A stretch of 64,000 bases of DNA, from positions 35,567-99,566 of the forward strand of contig CALQPR010000005.1 of the NCBI GenBank assembly GCA_943332515.1, given 5' to 3'. Positions 8,836 to 17,948 of the stretch are shown here, one piece after another. The notes beneath the pieces are model-generated. The model searched no databases. It was not told the origin of the DNA and saw only the letters and a list, made by a program, of their open reading frames with translations. This stretch comes from Pedosphaera parvula Ellin514 (GTDB lineage Bacteria > Verrucomicrobiota > Verrucomicrobiia > Limisphaerales > JADJPG01). Numbering within the stretch: position 1 is the stretch's first letter; every line of letters starts with the position of its first letter. The position numbers and the translations under genes were made by a program.

Positions 8836-10281
8836 TTAGCCGACGCTGCCTTCGAGGCTCACGCCGAGGAGCTTTTGCGCTTCGACGGCGAACTCCATTG
8901 GCAGCTCGCGGAAGACTTCCTTGCAGAAGCCGTTCACGATCATGTTCACGGCGTCCTGCGTCGAGATGCCGCGCGCGTTGCAGTAAAAAATCTGGTCCTC
9001 GCCAATCTTCGACGTGCTGGCCTCATGCTCGACCTGGCCGGTGCTGTTCTTCACCTCGATGTAGGGGAAGGTGTGCGCGCCGCACTTGTCGCCGATGAGC
9101 AGCGAGTCGCACTGCGAGAAGTTCCGCGCGCCCGTCGCGCTCTTCTTGATTTCTACGAGGCCGCGATAGGCGTTCTGGCCACGACCGGCGGAGATGCCCT
9201 TCGAGATGATCGTGCTCTTCGTGTTCTTGCCGATGTGAATCATCTTCGTGCCGGTGTCGGCCTGCTGTCTGTTGTTCGTGAGCGCCACGGAATAGAACTC
9301 ACCGACAGAATTATCTCCCAGCAGAATGCAGCTCGGATATTTCCAAGTGATGGAGGAACCCGTCTCGACCTGCGTCCAGGAGATCTTCGAGTTGCGACCT
9401 TTGCAGATGCCGCGCTTCGTCACGAAGTTGTAGATGCCCCCTTTGCCTTCCTTGTCGCCGGGATACCAGTTCTGTACGGTCGAGTATTTGATCTCCGCAC
9501 CTTCCAGCGCGATGAGTTCGACGACTGCGGCGTGAAGCTGGTTCTCGTCGCGCATCGGCGCGGTGCAGCCTTCGAGATAGCTGACGTGCGAGCCTTCGTC
9601 TGCGATGAGCAGCGTGCGCTCGAACTGGCCGGTGTTCGCGGTGTTGATGCGGAAGTAAGTGGAGAGCTCCATCGGGCAGCGGACGCCCTTGGGGATGTAG
9701 CAGAAGGAGCCGTCCGAGAAGACGGCGGCGTTGAGCGCGGCGAAATAGTTGTCCGTGTGCGGCACGACGGAGCCGAGATATTTCTCCACCAGCTCCGGGT
9801 GATTCTTCACCGCGTCGGAGAAGGAGCAGAAGATGATGCCCTGCTTCATCAGCTCCTTCTGAAACGTCGTGGCGACGGACACGCTGTCGATGACCGCATC
9901 CACGGCCACGCCGGTCAGCCGCTTCTGTTCGTTGAGCGAGATGCCGAGCTTCTCGAAGGTCTTCACCAGCTCCGGATCGACTTCATCGAGGCTGTTGAGA
10001 ACTTTCTTCGGCTTCGGCGCGGCGTAGTAGATGACGCTCTGATAATCGATGGGGGGATAGCTCGCGAACTGCCAGGTCGGCTCCTTCATCGTCAGCCAGT
10101 GGCGGAAGGCCTTGAGCCGCCAGTTCAGCATGAACTCCGGCTCGTTCTTCTTGGCGGAGATCAGGCGGACGACGTCCTCGTTCAGCCCCGGCGGGATGGT
10201 CTCCGTGTCGATGTTCGACGTGAAGCCATACTTGTATTCCGTGCTGACGAATTCCTGAATCGTATCGGTTGCTGTGCTCAT
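8836..10281 (-). CDS. sufB: Fe-S cluster assembly scaffold SufB
   Basis: 481 aa with highly conserved SufB sequence ([52 protein letters not shown]...[15 protein letters not shown]). Confidence 0.95.
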   Translation of the reverse strand: MSTATDTIQEFVSTEYKYGFTSNIDTETIPPGLNEDVVRLISAKKNEPEFMLNWRLKAFRHWLTMKEPTWQFASYPPIDYQSVIYYAAPKPKKVLNSLDEVDPELVKTFEKLGISLNEQKRLTGVAVDAVIDSVSVATTFQKELMKQGIIFCSFSDAVKNHPELVEKYLGSVVPHTDNYFAALNAAVFSDGSFCYIPKGVRCPMELSTYFRINTANTGQFERTLLIADEGSHVSYLEGCTAPMRDENQLHAAVVELIALEGAEIKYSTVQNWYPGDKEGKGGIYNFVTKRGICKGRNSKISWTQVETGSSITWKYPSCILLGDNSVGEFYSVALTNNRQQADTGTKMIHIGKNTKSTIISKGISAGRGQNAYRGLVEIKKSATGARNFSQCDSLLIGDKCGAHTFPYIEVKNSTGQVEHEASTSKIGEDQIFYCNARGISTQDAVNMIVNGFCKEVFRELPMEFAVEAQKLLGVSLEGSVG

Positions 10282-10344
10282 CTGCTTCGTTAAATGGATT
10301 GAATCGTAAAGTGTGGGCCGACGGTGTGTCGCCGCCGGTTTTTG

Positions 10345-10791
10345 CTATCTCTTCGCTTTTGCTGCGCACTCCGGGCACAGCCCGCGAATGGTCACCTCGT
10401 AGCGCGAGGGCTTGAAGCCCTGCGGCATGGCCACGGGCGGTGCGCCAAATTCATCCGCGCGCTCGATGTCGTGGGCGACGCCGCAGTCATCACAGTAAAA
10501 GTGATGGTGCGGCTGCATGTTCGAGCAGAAGCGCGTGGCTTCACGATCGTGGTTCACCTGTCTCACCAAACCGCAGCTCACCAGCGCATCCAGGCAGTTG
10601 TAAACCGTCGCCATTGAGATCTCCGGCATCCCTTTCTTGGCGCGGATGAAGACCTCTTCGGCGGTCGGGTGATTCTTCTTCCCGAGGAGCACGTGGTACA
10701 CATGCTCGCGCTGTGGCGTGATGCGCAGCCCGCTCTTCCCGAGCTGCTGCAGGCCGGGGGCGCCTGCCCCTTCGATCACGAGTTTCTTCAT
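10345..10791 (-). CDS. Fur-family metalloregulator (Fur/PerR/Zur type), first gene of the suf operon
   Basis: Winged-helix region MATVYNCLDALVSCGLV, then HHHFYCDDCG and CPEC Zn-site CxxC pairs. The ORF track extends to a TTG at 10827. The ATG at 10791 gives a typical 148-aa Fur, so I prefer it. Confidence 0.8.
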   Translation of the reverse strand: MKKLVIEGAGAPGLQQLGKSGLRITPQREHVYHVLLGKKNHPTAEEVFIRAKKGMPEISMATVYNCLDALVSCGLVRQVNHDREATRFCSNMQPHHHFYCDDCGVAHDIERADEFGAPPVAMPQGFKPSRYEVTIRGLCPECAAKAKR

Positions 10792-10838
10792 GTGCACCAA
10801 GGCTACGGAGCGAGTTGGATCTGTCAATATTTAGAATT

Positions 10839-10857
10839 ATTCTAAATTGGGATCGGA
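10839..10857. promoter_or_regulatory. perfect 9-1-9 palindrome ATTTAGAAT-T-ATTCTAAAT, candidate Fur-family operator
   Basis: Read directly from the sequence. It is AT-rich in a GC-rich genome and lies 48 nt upstream of the fur ATG (10791) in the fur/prepilin-like divergent region. Confidence 0.5.
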
Positions 10858-10919
10858 TGTGCCCGGTGCGGTTTCGTGAGCTTTACAAACTTTCAGGTGC
10901 GTGCTTTCGTAGGAGCCGG

Positions 10920-12194
10920 ATGAGGGTTTTCCCTATAACTCCAAAGTCAGAGGCGTGCGAACTCAAGCTGTCCCGTTTTTCGAGGCAGAATGTCTGGTGC
11001 CGTTCGTCCCGGCATTCCCGCAGCGGCTTCACACTTATGGAGATGTTGCTGGTGGCCGCGATCCTGATGATCCTGATGACGCTGTCGCTTCCCGTGATTG
11101 TCCGGACGAAGGGGCGGGGCCTCCAGTTGGAATGTCTCAGCCAGCTTCGTCAGGCTGGTATCGGTTTTGTCTCTTATGCGCAGGACCATGGAGATCGGTT
11201 TCCTTTTCAGGTTCCGATGAAGGAGGGGGGCACGTTGGAACTTGTGCAGGCGGCCAGCCAAGGTAACGACGATGTCTTCTATGCGTTCCGGCACTTTCAG
11301 GCGATTTCCAATGAGTTGAATGAGCCAAAGGTTTTCCGTTGCCCCGTCGATTTTCGGACGGCGGCCGGAACGGTCGCCCAGCTCAAGAACGACAACATCA
11401 GCTATTTCCTGGCAATTACAGCCGATCCCTCCCGCCCGGAATCATTGCTTTCTGGCGCCCGGAACTTTGTGGAATCCGGCGGCCAATCCGGCTCCATCGT
11501 GAAGCTGACGGCGATGAGCTCGCCGAGGTGGACTCGTGCGGGTCATGAATTCAAAGGGAACCTTCTGTTTGCGGGCGGCCATGTTGAGCGCACGGGAAAT
11601 GCCGGGCTTCAAGTCGCCCTCCGCAGCCCGACGGGGCCAGTGAGTCTTTGGATGCCAACGGCAGCGCCTGCTCAGCCCCAACCGGCGTCGCTGGCTGGCG
11701 GAAATACGACTGTGCAGAACTCGGACTCGGAGCGTGGATTCAACATGTTCCAGAGTTTTTTCCAATCCCCATCGCCGTCATCGAGCGCCACGCCGTCGTC
11801 ATCTCCTTCGTCGCCGCCAGCAGTTGAGCGCGGAGTCTCTCGAACATCCGGCTCGTCAACTCTGGCCGGGTCGATTCCAGACGCTGAACCGCCATCGCCC
11901 GCGCCAGAAAAAGCGCGGAGCCATCCGGTCTTTGCGTCGATACCAACTTCTGTCCCGTTGCCCGGTTCCGAACCGGCTACCGCGACTGACCTTGTCAGCG
12001 AGCCGTCTCCAGGCGTCCTTGCCGTCATGATTGAGCCTGAGCGCTGCTGGTGGTGCTGGTGGCTGATTCTGGGATTGAGCGTTCTCGTCGCCTTCATTCT
12101 CGGAATGCTGGTTTACCGCCGTCGTGCGCAGCGGGAGCGAGCGAAGGCCTGGGTGCCGGTCTGGGAAGTCCCGCAAAGCCCGGGCCGACGATGA
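10920..12194 (+). CDS. prepilin-type N-terminal cleavage/methylation domain protein (DUF1559/H-X9-DG-like) with S/P-rich linker and C-terminal TM anchor
   Basis: GFTLMEMLLVAAILMILMTLSLP pilin-like N-terminus. NLLFAGGHVE resembles the H-X9-DG end. It is followed by an SPSPSSSATPSSSPSSPP tract and the hydrophobic WWCWWLILGLSVLVAFILGMLVY-RRR. The start at ATG 10920 follows AGGAG. Confidence 0.65.
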   Translation: MRVFPITPKSEACELKLSRFSRQNVWCRSSRHSRSGFTLMEMLLVAAILMILMTLSLPVIVRTKGRGLQLECLSQLRQAGIGFVSYAQDHGDRFPFQVPMKEGGTLELVQAASQGNDDVFYAFRHFQAISNELNEPKVFRCPVDFRTAAGTVAQLKNDNISYFLAITADPSRPESLLSGARNFVESGGQSGSIVKLTAMSSPRWTRAGHEFKGNLLFAGGHVERTGNAGLQVALRSPTGPVSLWMPTAAPAQPQPASLAGGNTTVQNSDSERGFNMFQSFFQSPSPSSSATPSSSPSSPPAVERGVSRTSGSSTLAGSIPDAEPPSPAPEKARSHPVFASIPTSVPLPGSEPATATDLVSEPSPGVLAVMIEPERCWWCWWLILGLSVLVAFILGMLVYRRRAQRERAKAWVPVWEVPQSPGRR

Positions 12195-12400
12195 GGCTTT
12201 TTTATTCTGGCCCGCTGGTGAACACGGAGATGATGGTCGCCATGCTCGAGAAGCACGGCATTGCTGCGAGCCAGGAGTTTGAAGATCCTTCACAACCCGA
12301 CGATGGCGACTTGAGTCGATTGGCCAAAGTCCTTGTTCCTGAGTCTGACTACGACCGCGCGCATCGACTCTTCTACACCGAACGGGAGGATGAGCTGTGA
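12191..12400 (+). CDS. small DUF2007-like (putative signal-transducing) protein
   Basis: 69 aa: MRLFYSGPLVNTEMMVAMLEKHGIAASQEF...VLVPESDYDRAHRLF. ATGA overlap with the preceding stop. Confidence 0.45.
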   Translation: MRLFYSGPLVNTEMMVAMLEKHGIAASQEFEDPSQPDDGDLSRLAKVLVPESDYDRAHRLFYTEREDEL

Positions 12401-12441
12401 AGACGGTGTCGTCGCAACACTGAGGTGACTGGGTTCCTGCT

Positions 12442-13107
12442 TCAGTTCCGGTCGGCTTCGGCCAGTTCCACAAAGTTCTGCAATAACTTCAGTCCGACTT
12501 CCTGGCTTTTCTCCGGGTGGAATTGAGTGGCGAACACGTTGTCTCGCCAGACGGCGGACGCGAATGATCCTCCATACTCAGTCCGGGTGGCGACGATGGA
12601 TTCATCCTCCGGCTTCGGGAAAAAGCTGTGGACGAAATAGACGTAGCTCCCGTCCTCGATGCCCCGGAGGAGCGGACATTCCGGTTGCACAAACTGAATC
12701 TGGTTCCAGCCGATTTGTGGAACCTTCAGGCCGGCGACGGTGGGAAAGCGAACTACTTTGCCGCGAAAGATGCCGAGGCCTGCCGCGCAACTGTTGAATT
12801 CCTCGCTCTTCTCAAACAACGCCTGGTAGCCGACGCAGATCCCAAGGAACGCCCGGCCTGACGCGATGAACGACTTGATGCCGCCTTGCAGTTCCTGGCG
12901 TTGCATGGCCGTGAGACAATCGTCGAACGCGCCGACGCCGGGCAGGACGATGCCGCGCGCGTCCTTCATTTCTTCGGGTTTGGTAATCACGCGGACATCG
13001 GCTCCCACTTTCCGGAGAGCCTTTTCCACGCTCCGCAAGTTACCAGAGCCGTAATCGAGTAAAGCAATCACTGAGGCACGATAGAGGACGTGCGGTTCAT
13101 GACTCAA
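12442..13107 (-). CDS. hisH: imidazole glycerol phosphate synthase, glutamine amidotransferase subunit HisH
   Basis: 221 aa: IALLDYGSGNLRSVEKAL...GVGAF...GICVGYQALF...VYFVHSF...ATQFHPEKS. Confidence 0.9.
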   Translation of the reverse strand: MSHEPHVLYRASVIALLDYGSGNLRSVEKALRKVGADVRVITKPEEMKDARGIVLPGVGAFDDCLTAMQRQELQGGIKSFIASGRAFLGICVGYQALFEKSEEFNSCAAGLGIFRGKVVRFPTVAGLKVPQIGWNQIQFVQPECPLLRGIEDGSYVYFVHSFFPKPEDESIVATRTEYGGSFASAVWRDNVFATQFHPEKSQEVGLKLLQNFVELAEADRN

Positions 13108-13204
13108 TGCTCAAAGCAAACGGCTGCCATCGACGGATGACGGGCTGGCAATTGATCAATGTTTCAGTAACCCAAAGCCTTGCTCGTGACGTCTGGAGTG
13201 GTGA

Positions 13205-13933
13205 ATGAATGTGGCAGCAACATCGACCCGACGCTGGCAGGTTTCCTTGCGACCGCCTCAAGGCTTCACTTTGATCGAGCTGCTGGTCGTGATTGCCATC
13301 ATTGGGATACTGGCCGGCATGCTTCTTCCAGCGTTGTCGCGCGCCAAGGAGGCGGGGAAGCGGATTCATTGCGTCAATAACCTCCGCCAGCTTGGCCTCG
13401 CCTTGAGGATGTATGTAGACGAAAACGAGGGAAACCTTCCACCCCGTGTTCATCCCTTGCGCTGGCCGCAGCGGCTCTACGACGGCTTCAATGATGTGCG
13501 GATCCTGGTGTGCCCGGATGATCGGAATCCCCAGACCATTCCGATGATCAATCCCTTCTTCTTCCCAGCGGATGCCGCTCCGCGCAGCTACATCATGAAT
13601 GGATGGAACGACTATTACCGGAGTCGCAGCTTGCAGTGGAAAGGCATCTTCGGGGTGAACGTAAGCATGAACGAAACACTCATCCACGCGCCGAGCGACA
13701 CGATCTTTCTTGGGGAGAAGGAGGAGAACTCCATGCACTTCTATATGGACTACGACGCGCTCGAAGATCTGCGTGTGCTCGATTCGGCCAAGCATTCCAC
13801 CGGTGCCAACGGTTCCAAAGGCGGCTCCAACTACACTTTCGCGGACGGCAGCGCGCGTTACCTCCGCTTTGGCGCGTCCACGAGCCCGGTCAATCTTTGG
13901 GCTGTCCTTCCTGGCGAACGGCAGACGCAGTAG
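13205..13933 (+). CDS. prepilin-type N-terminal cleavage/methylation domain protein, DUF1559 (H-X9-DG) family
   Basis: [48 protein letters not shown] and C-terminal [24 protein letters not shown]. Confidence 0.85.
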   Translation: MNVAATSTRRWQVSLRPPQGFTLIELLVVIAIIGILAGMLLPALSRAKEAGKRIHCVNNLRQLGLALRMYVDENEGNLPPRVHPLRWPQRLYDGFNDVRILVCPDDRNPQTIPMINPFFFPADAAPRSYIMNGWNDYYRSRSLQWKGIFGVNVSMNETLIHAPSDTIFLGEKEENSMHFYMDYDALEDLRVLDSAKHSTGANGSKGGSNYTFADGSARYLRFGASTSPVNLWAVLPGERQTQ

Positions 13934-14019
13934 GCGGCACGAGATGGCGGCACAGTTTCTTCACTGGCCCGTCCGATGCCACTTGTTTCCGCGACGTTTG
14001 ACCTCCTATCTTTCCGCCC

Positions 14020-15342
14020 ATGTTCGACCATTGGTCACCTCAATTGCTCATTGCCGCTGCGGGCGGGGTGGATCCGAATCCGCTGATGATTATCCCGTTT
14101 GCGTTGATGCTGCTCGCCATCGCGGCCATGCCGTTCATCCACAAGCATTGGTGGGAGCATCACTATCCGAAGGTCGCCGTCGGACTCGGTCTGATCACTG
14201 TCACCTACTACGTCGGGTTCTTGCAGAACACCTCGCGAATGCTTCACGTTGGGCACGAATACATCAGCTTCATTGCGCTGATCGGATCGCTCTTCGTCGT
14301 TTCTGGCGGCATTCACATCCGCGTGAAGGGCGAGTCCACTCCCGCCATCAATTGCCTGTTCCTGCTCATCGGGGCGGTGCTGGCGAACTTCATCGGAACG
14401 ACCGGCGCCTCGATGCTGATGATTCGTCCGTGGATAAGGATGAACCAGTATCGCATCACCTCGTTCCATGTCGTCTTCTTCATTTTTGTGGTGAGCAACA
14501 TCGGGGGTTCCCTGACGCCGATTGGCGATCCGCCGCTCTTCCTGGGCTACCTGAAAGGCGTGCCGTTCGGTTGGGTGCTGGAACATTGCTGGGAGGCGTG
14601 GCTGGTTGCCGTCTTGGGGGTGATTGCCATCTTTTACGTCTTCGATCGTCGGAACTTCATGCGAGCCAGCAAAGCCATTCGTGACAAGGAAACCACTCAC
14701 GAAACGTGGAAGTTCGATGGGTTGCGCAATCTGGCATTTCTCGGAGTGATCCTTGGCGCAGTCTTCGTGCGGAACCCGCCCGGGCTAAGCGAAGCGTTGA
14801 TGGTGGCGGCGGCGCTGGGGTCTTACTTCACAACTCCGAAACCGGTCCACCAAGCCAACGACTTCAACTTTGCGCCCATCAAGGAAGTCGCGTGGCTGTT
14901 CATCGGGATCTTCGCGACGATGGTTCCGGCTTTGGATTACCTCCAGATTCACGCTGCCGAGCTGGGTCTGGACACGGAGATGAAGTTTTTCTGGCTCACC
15001 GGTGCGCTGTCCGGCGTGCTCGACAATGCGCCGACCTACCTGACCTTTCTGGCCGCCGCGATGGGGCGTCACAGCCTGAGCCTGAATTCACCCGACGACA
15101 TGCGCACCTTCATGGCCCAGCACGATCATGAATTGGTTGCCATCTCCCTGGGCGCGGTCTTCTTCGGGGCGATGACCTACATCGGGAACGGCCCGAACTT
15201 CATGGTCAAATCGATCTGCGAGCAGGCGAAGGTGAAAACCCCGAGCTTCTTCGCCTATCTTTTCAAATACGCGCTGCCGATTCTGCTGCCGCTCTTCGTC
15301 GTGATCGCGTTCCTCTTCTTCTCGCGCTGGCGGGTGTTTTAG
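14020..15342 (+). CDS. ArsB/NhaD-superfamily permease (putative Na+/H+ antiporter-like)
   Basis: 440 aa with about 11 hydrophobic segments. GTTGASMLMIRP and SNIGGSLTPIGDPPLFLGY are motifs typical of this permease family. Confidence 0.65.
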   Translation: MFDHWSPQLLIAAAGGVDPNPLMIIPFALMLLAIAAMPFIHKHWWEHHYPKVAVGLGLITVTYYVGFLQNTSRMLHVGHEYISFIALIGSLFVVSGGIHIRVKGESTPAINCLFLLIGAVLANFIGTTGASMLMIRPWIRMNQYRITSFHVVFFIFVVSNIGGSLTPIGDPPLFLGYLKGVPFGWVLEHCWEAWLVAVLGVIAIFYVFDRRNFMRASKAIRDKETTHETWKFDGLRNLAFLGVILGAVFVRNPPGLSEALMVAAALGSYFTTPKPVHQANDFNFAPIKEVAWLFIGIFATMVPALDYLQIHAAELGLDTEMKFFWLTGALSGVLDNAPTYLTFLAAAMGRHSLSLNSPDDMRTFMAQHDHELVAISLGAVFFGAMTYIGNGPNFMVKSICEQAKVKTPSFFAYLFKYALPILLPLFVVIAFLFFSRWRVF

Positions 15343-15421
15343 CCGGCGGAGGCGCGCCAGAGGGAAATCTGTCCCAAGGCCGTTCTTGAGATTCGGAGCC
15401 GGATCTTGATAGAACGAGCTC

Positions 15422-15649
15422 ATGCCGATTTACGAGTTTCATTGCGGGAAGTGTGGTGAAGATTCCGAAGTGCTGGTGCGTTCCAGCGCGTGGGAGGGGA
15501 CGAAATGTCCCAAGTGCGGCTCGTCAAAGCTGGAGAAAAAGCTCTCGGTATTCGCGTCCTCGGGCGGTGCGCCGGCTGCACCGGCCAGCTGCACTGGGCA
15601 GCCCAAGTCCTGCGGAATGTGCGGAACCGGCAAGCCCCATTCGCACTGA
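15422..15649 (+). CDS. FmdB-family zinc-ribbon protein (CxxC_CxxC_SSSS)
   Basis: MPIYEFHCGKCGEDSEVLV...TKCPKCGSSKLEKKLSVF. Confidence 0.8.
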   Translation: MPIYEFHCGKCGEDSEVLVRSSAWEGTKCPKCGSSKLEKKLSVFASSGGAPAAPASCTGQPKSCGMCGTGKPHSH

Positions 15650-16327
15650 CTACGCGCAGACTTCGCGGGCGGAAACCTCCACGAGGGATTCCACCGTCCA
15701 TGTCGCCTTCTCACGCAGCAGTTCCTCGCGCGAGAATTTGCCGGTGGCGACCGCGAGTGAGCGAGCACCGATGGCGTTTGCGCATTCGACATCCCGGGGC
15801 GTGTCACCGATGACGAGCACTTCTGAGCCAGTCAGCTTGCGGCCAAGCAACTGGTTGCCACGCTCATGGGCGATGACCGCGATCTGGTTCCGATCTTCAT
15901 GGTCGTCCGCGAAGGCGCCCGTCCGAAAGCACGTCCACAAATGATAATGAGTCAGCTTGATTTGCGCGCCGAGCCGGATGTTGCCGGTCAGCAATCCCAG
16001 CAATGGCGGTTCCGGCAGCGCCTCCAGATTGCGGAGCATGGCATGCACGCCGGGCAGCACCGTGCCGCGCAGTTGCCCGAGCAGATGATCGAGATGGAAA
16101 ACGTAGTGATCCAGGAAACGACGGAAATTTTGCGCCGATGGTTCGATATGATGCAGCGTGAAGAACTCGCGAATGATCGACGTGTCCGTGCGCCCGGCGA
16201 AGTTCAGCCCGGCGGTGCCGTCGGGAATGCCAAATTCCGTGGTGCATACCTGGGCAAACGCCCTCTCTCCAGCGCCGCCGCTGACGATGAGAGTGCCGTC
16301 GATGTCGAACAATACGAGTCTGACCAT
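15650..16327 (-). CDS. HAD-superfamily hydrolase (phosphoglycolate phosphatase-like)
   Basis: MVRLVLFDIDGTLI motif I, TGN motif II region, VLVIGDTPRDVECA motif IV. The start is moved to the internal ATG at 16327. Confidence 0.8.
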   Translation of the reverse strand: MVRLVLFDIDGTLIVSGGAGERAFAQVCTTEFGIPDGTAGLNFAGRTDTSIIREFFTLHHIEPSAQNFRRFLDHYVFHLDHLLGQLRGTVLPGVHAMLRNLEALPEPPLLGLLTGNIRLGAQIKLTHYHLWTCFRTGAFADDHEDRNQIAVIAHERGNQLLGRKLTGSEVLVIGDTPRDVECANAIGARSLAVATGKFSREELLREKATWTVESLVEVSAREVCA

Positions 16328-16451
16328 AAGAGCCGCGCAAACTATCGTTATGCGATGATGATGGCAACGCTGATGTCGGGAAATGCGGGCCGTCTCATCA
16401 CGGGGAATGCCTGACGCCGGGTGGCGAATGAGATTCAAACGCTAAGCTTTC

Positions 16452-17228
16452 ATGGATTTTTCTCCGCTCGCGCTCTGGCTCTATCCACTTCTGTTCCTCA
16501 CCGGACTCGTGGCCGGATTCGTTGATTCGATTGCCGGTGGTGGTGGGTTGATCACCGTCCCGGTTCTCTTGAACATCGGTCTCCCGCCTGGGCTTGCGCT
16601 GGGCACCAACAAGCTGCAAGCCACATTCGGTTCCGGCAGTGCCGCCTGGCATTTTTGGCGGGCTGGAATGATCGATTGGTCAGGCTCGCGAGTCGGTGTG
16701 GTTTACACGCTGATTGGCGCAACGACCGGGACGCTGCTGGTGAGCTTCCTTCCCGCCTCCGTTTTGCGAACGCTGATTCCGTGGCTCTTGATTGGGATTT
16801 CGCTCTACATGGTTTTGCAGCCGAAACTCGGTGAGGCGGATCGGCGCGCGCGAATGACGGCGGGATTGTTCCACGCGTTGTTCGGGCTGGGACTTGGTTT
16901 CTACGACGGCTTTTTCGGTCCTGGCACAGGAACGTTCTGGGCGATGGCGTTCATGCTGGGATTGGGGTTCAACCTGACGCGCGCTACGGCTCACACCAAG
17001 CTTATGAACTTCACGAGCAACGTTTCCTCTTTGGCGGTATTTCTCGCCTCCGGACAGTGTCACCTGCTCGGCGGCCTTTGCATGGGATGCGGGCAAATGA
17101 TCGGCGCGCGAGCCGGATCGAGGGTGGTGATTCGCAAGGGCAGCCGCTTCATCAGGCCCATCTTTGTCTCGGTGGCAATTGCGATTACTCTGCGGCTGCT
17201 TTGGGTAAATTTCTCGGCCGCCAGGTAG
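16452..17228 (+). CDS. TSUP-family (TauE/SafE) anion exporter
   Basis: 258 aa with about 8 TM. GGGGLITVPVLL and GFYDGFFGPGTGTF are motifs of the TauE/SafE family. Confidence 0.85.
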   Translation: MDFSPLALWLYPLLFLTGLVAGFVDSIAGGGGLITVPVLLNIGLPPGLALGTNKLQATFGSGSAAWHFWRAGMIDWSGSRVGVVYTLIGATTGTLLVSFLPASVLRTLIPWLLIGISLYMVLQPKLGEADRRARMTAGLFHALFGLGLGFYDGFFGPGTGTFWAMAFMLGLGFNLTRATAHTKLMNFTSNVSSLAVFLASGQCHLLGGLCMGCGQMIGARAGSRVVIRKGSRFIRPIFVSVAIAITLRLLWVNFSAAR

Positions 17229-17249
17229 GCTCGACTAGGTGTCGTCACC

Positions 17250-17717
17250 TCAAACCGCTGGCCGCATCTCGTTGATCGGAGCCGGGAACAATTCCAGAAG
17301 GCGCTTTCTTCGATAGGCGAAGATTCTTTGGACATCCTTGCGGACGAAGAGCCGGTTGATAATCGCTCCGCCTCGCGGCCGGTAGTTCACTTTGTCGATG
17401 CACAAAGTTCCACCGTCCTGCTCCTCAAACATGTGGGTGTGATGCCAGAGTGTATAGGGGCCACGCAATTGGACATCCACGAAGCGATGCGGTGGGCCCC
17501 ACTCGGTAATCTCGGTGCGCCAGCGAATCGGCAGCCCATGCACGCGAATCCGATAGTCGATCAGAGCGCCGGGCTGCATCACGATCGGGGCCGGGGTAAG
17601 GACTTGGAATTGCACCCAGGGCGGCGTGATTTCGCTGAGGTTCCGCGCGTCTGCAAAGAACGGAAACACCTCGTCCCGGCCGCGTGGGATCCAAAGTTCG
17701 TCTTCGAAATGGAACAT
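17250..17717 (-). CDS. SRPBCC (START/cyclase-dehydrase-like) ligand-binding protein
   Basis: 155 aa. The size and pattern (VFPFFADARNLSEITPPW...WHHTHMFEE) resemble SRPBCC family members. Recognition only. Confidence 0.55.
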   Translation of the reverse strand: MFHFEDELWIPRGRDEVFPFFADARNLSEITPPWVQFQVLTPAPIVMQPGALIDYRIRVHGLPIRWRTEITEWGPPHRFVDVQLRGPYTLWHHTHMFEEQDGGTLCIDKVNYRPRGGAIINRLFVRKDVQRIFAYRRKRLLELFPAPINEMRPAV

Positions 17718-17738
17718 GCGGCTAGTCCCGAGTAGGAG

Positions 17739-17948
17739 TTAAAGCTTGGTCTTGATCCCGCACGCTCTCAAGGCGCACCAACCGCGCAGCGCCTCGAACG
17801 CGACGAACACGGCGGACGCCAGCAGGACTCCACCCAGCCACCACGATACTGCGAATCCAAAGCCCGCACCCACGAGCAGCGCCAGAGCGCCGATTCCGCG
17901 GACCAGTCGGCCCCGGTTGTCGATGTTGCGGGCCATGAAAGTTTTCAT
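17739..17948 (-). CDS. DUF2892 (YgaP-like) small membrane protein
   Basis: 69 aa: NIDNRGRLVRGIGALALLVG...GWCALRACGIKT. Two TM helices. 4-nt overlap with the carH-like stop. Confidence 0.7.
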   Translation of the reverse strand: MKTFMARNIDNRGRLVRGIGALALLVGAGFGFAVSWWLGGVLLASAVFVAFEALRGWCALRACGIKTKL

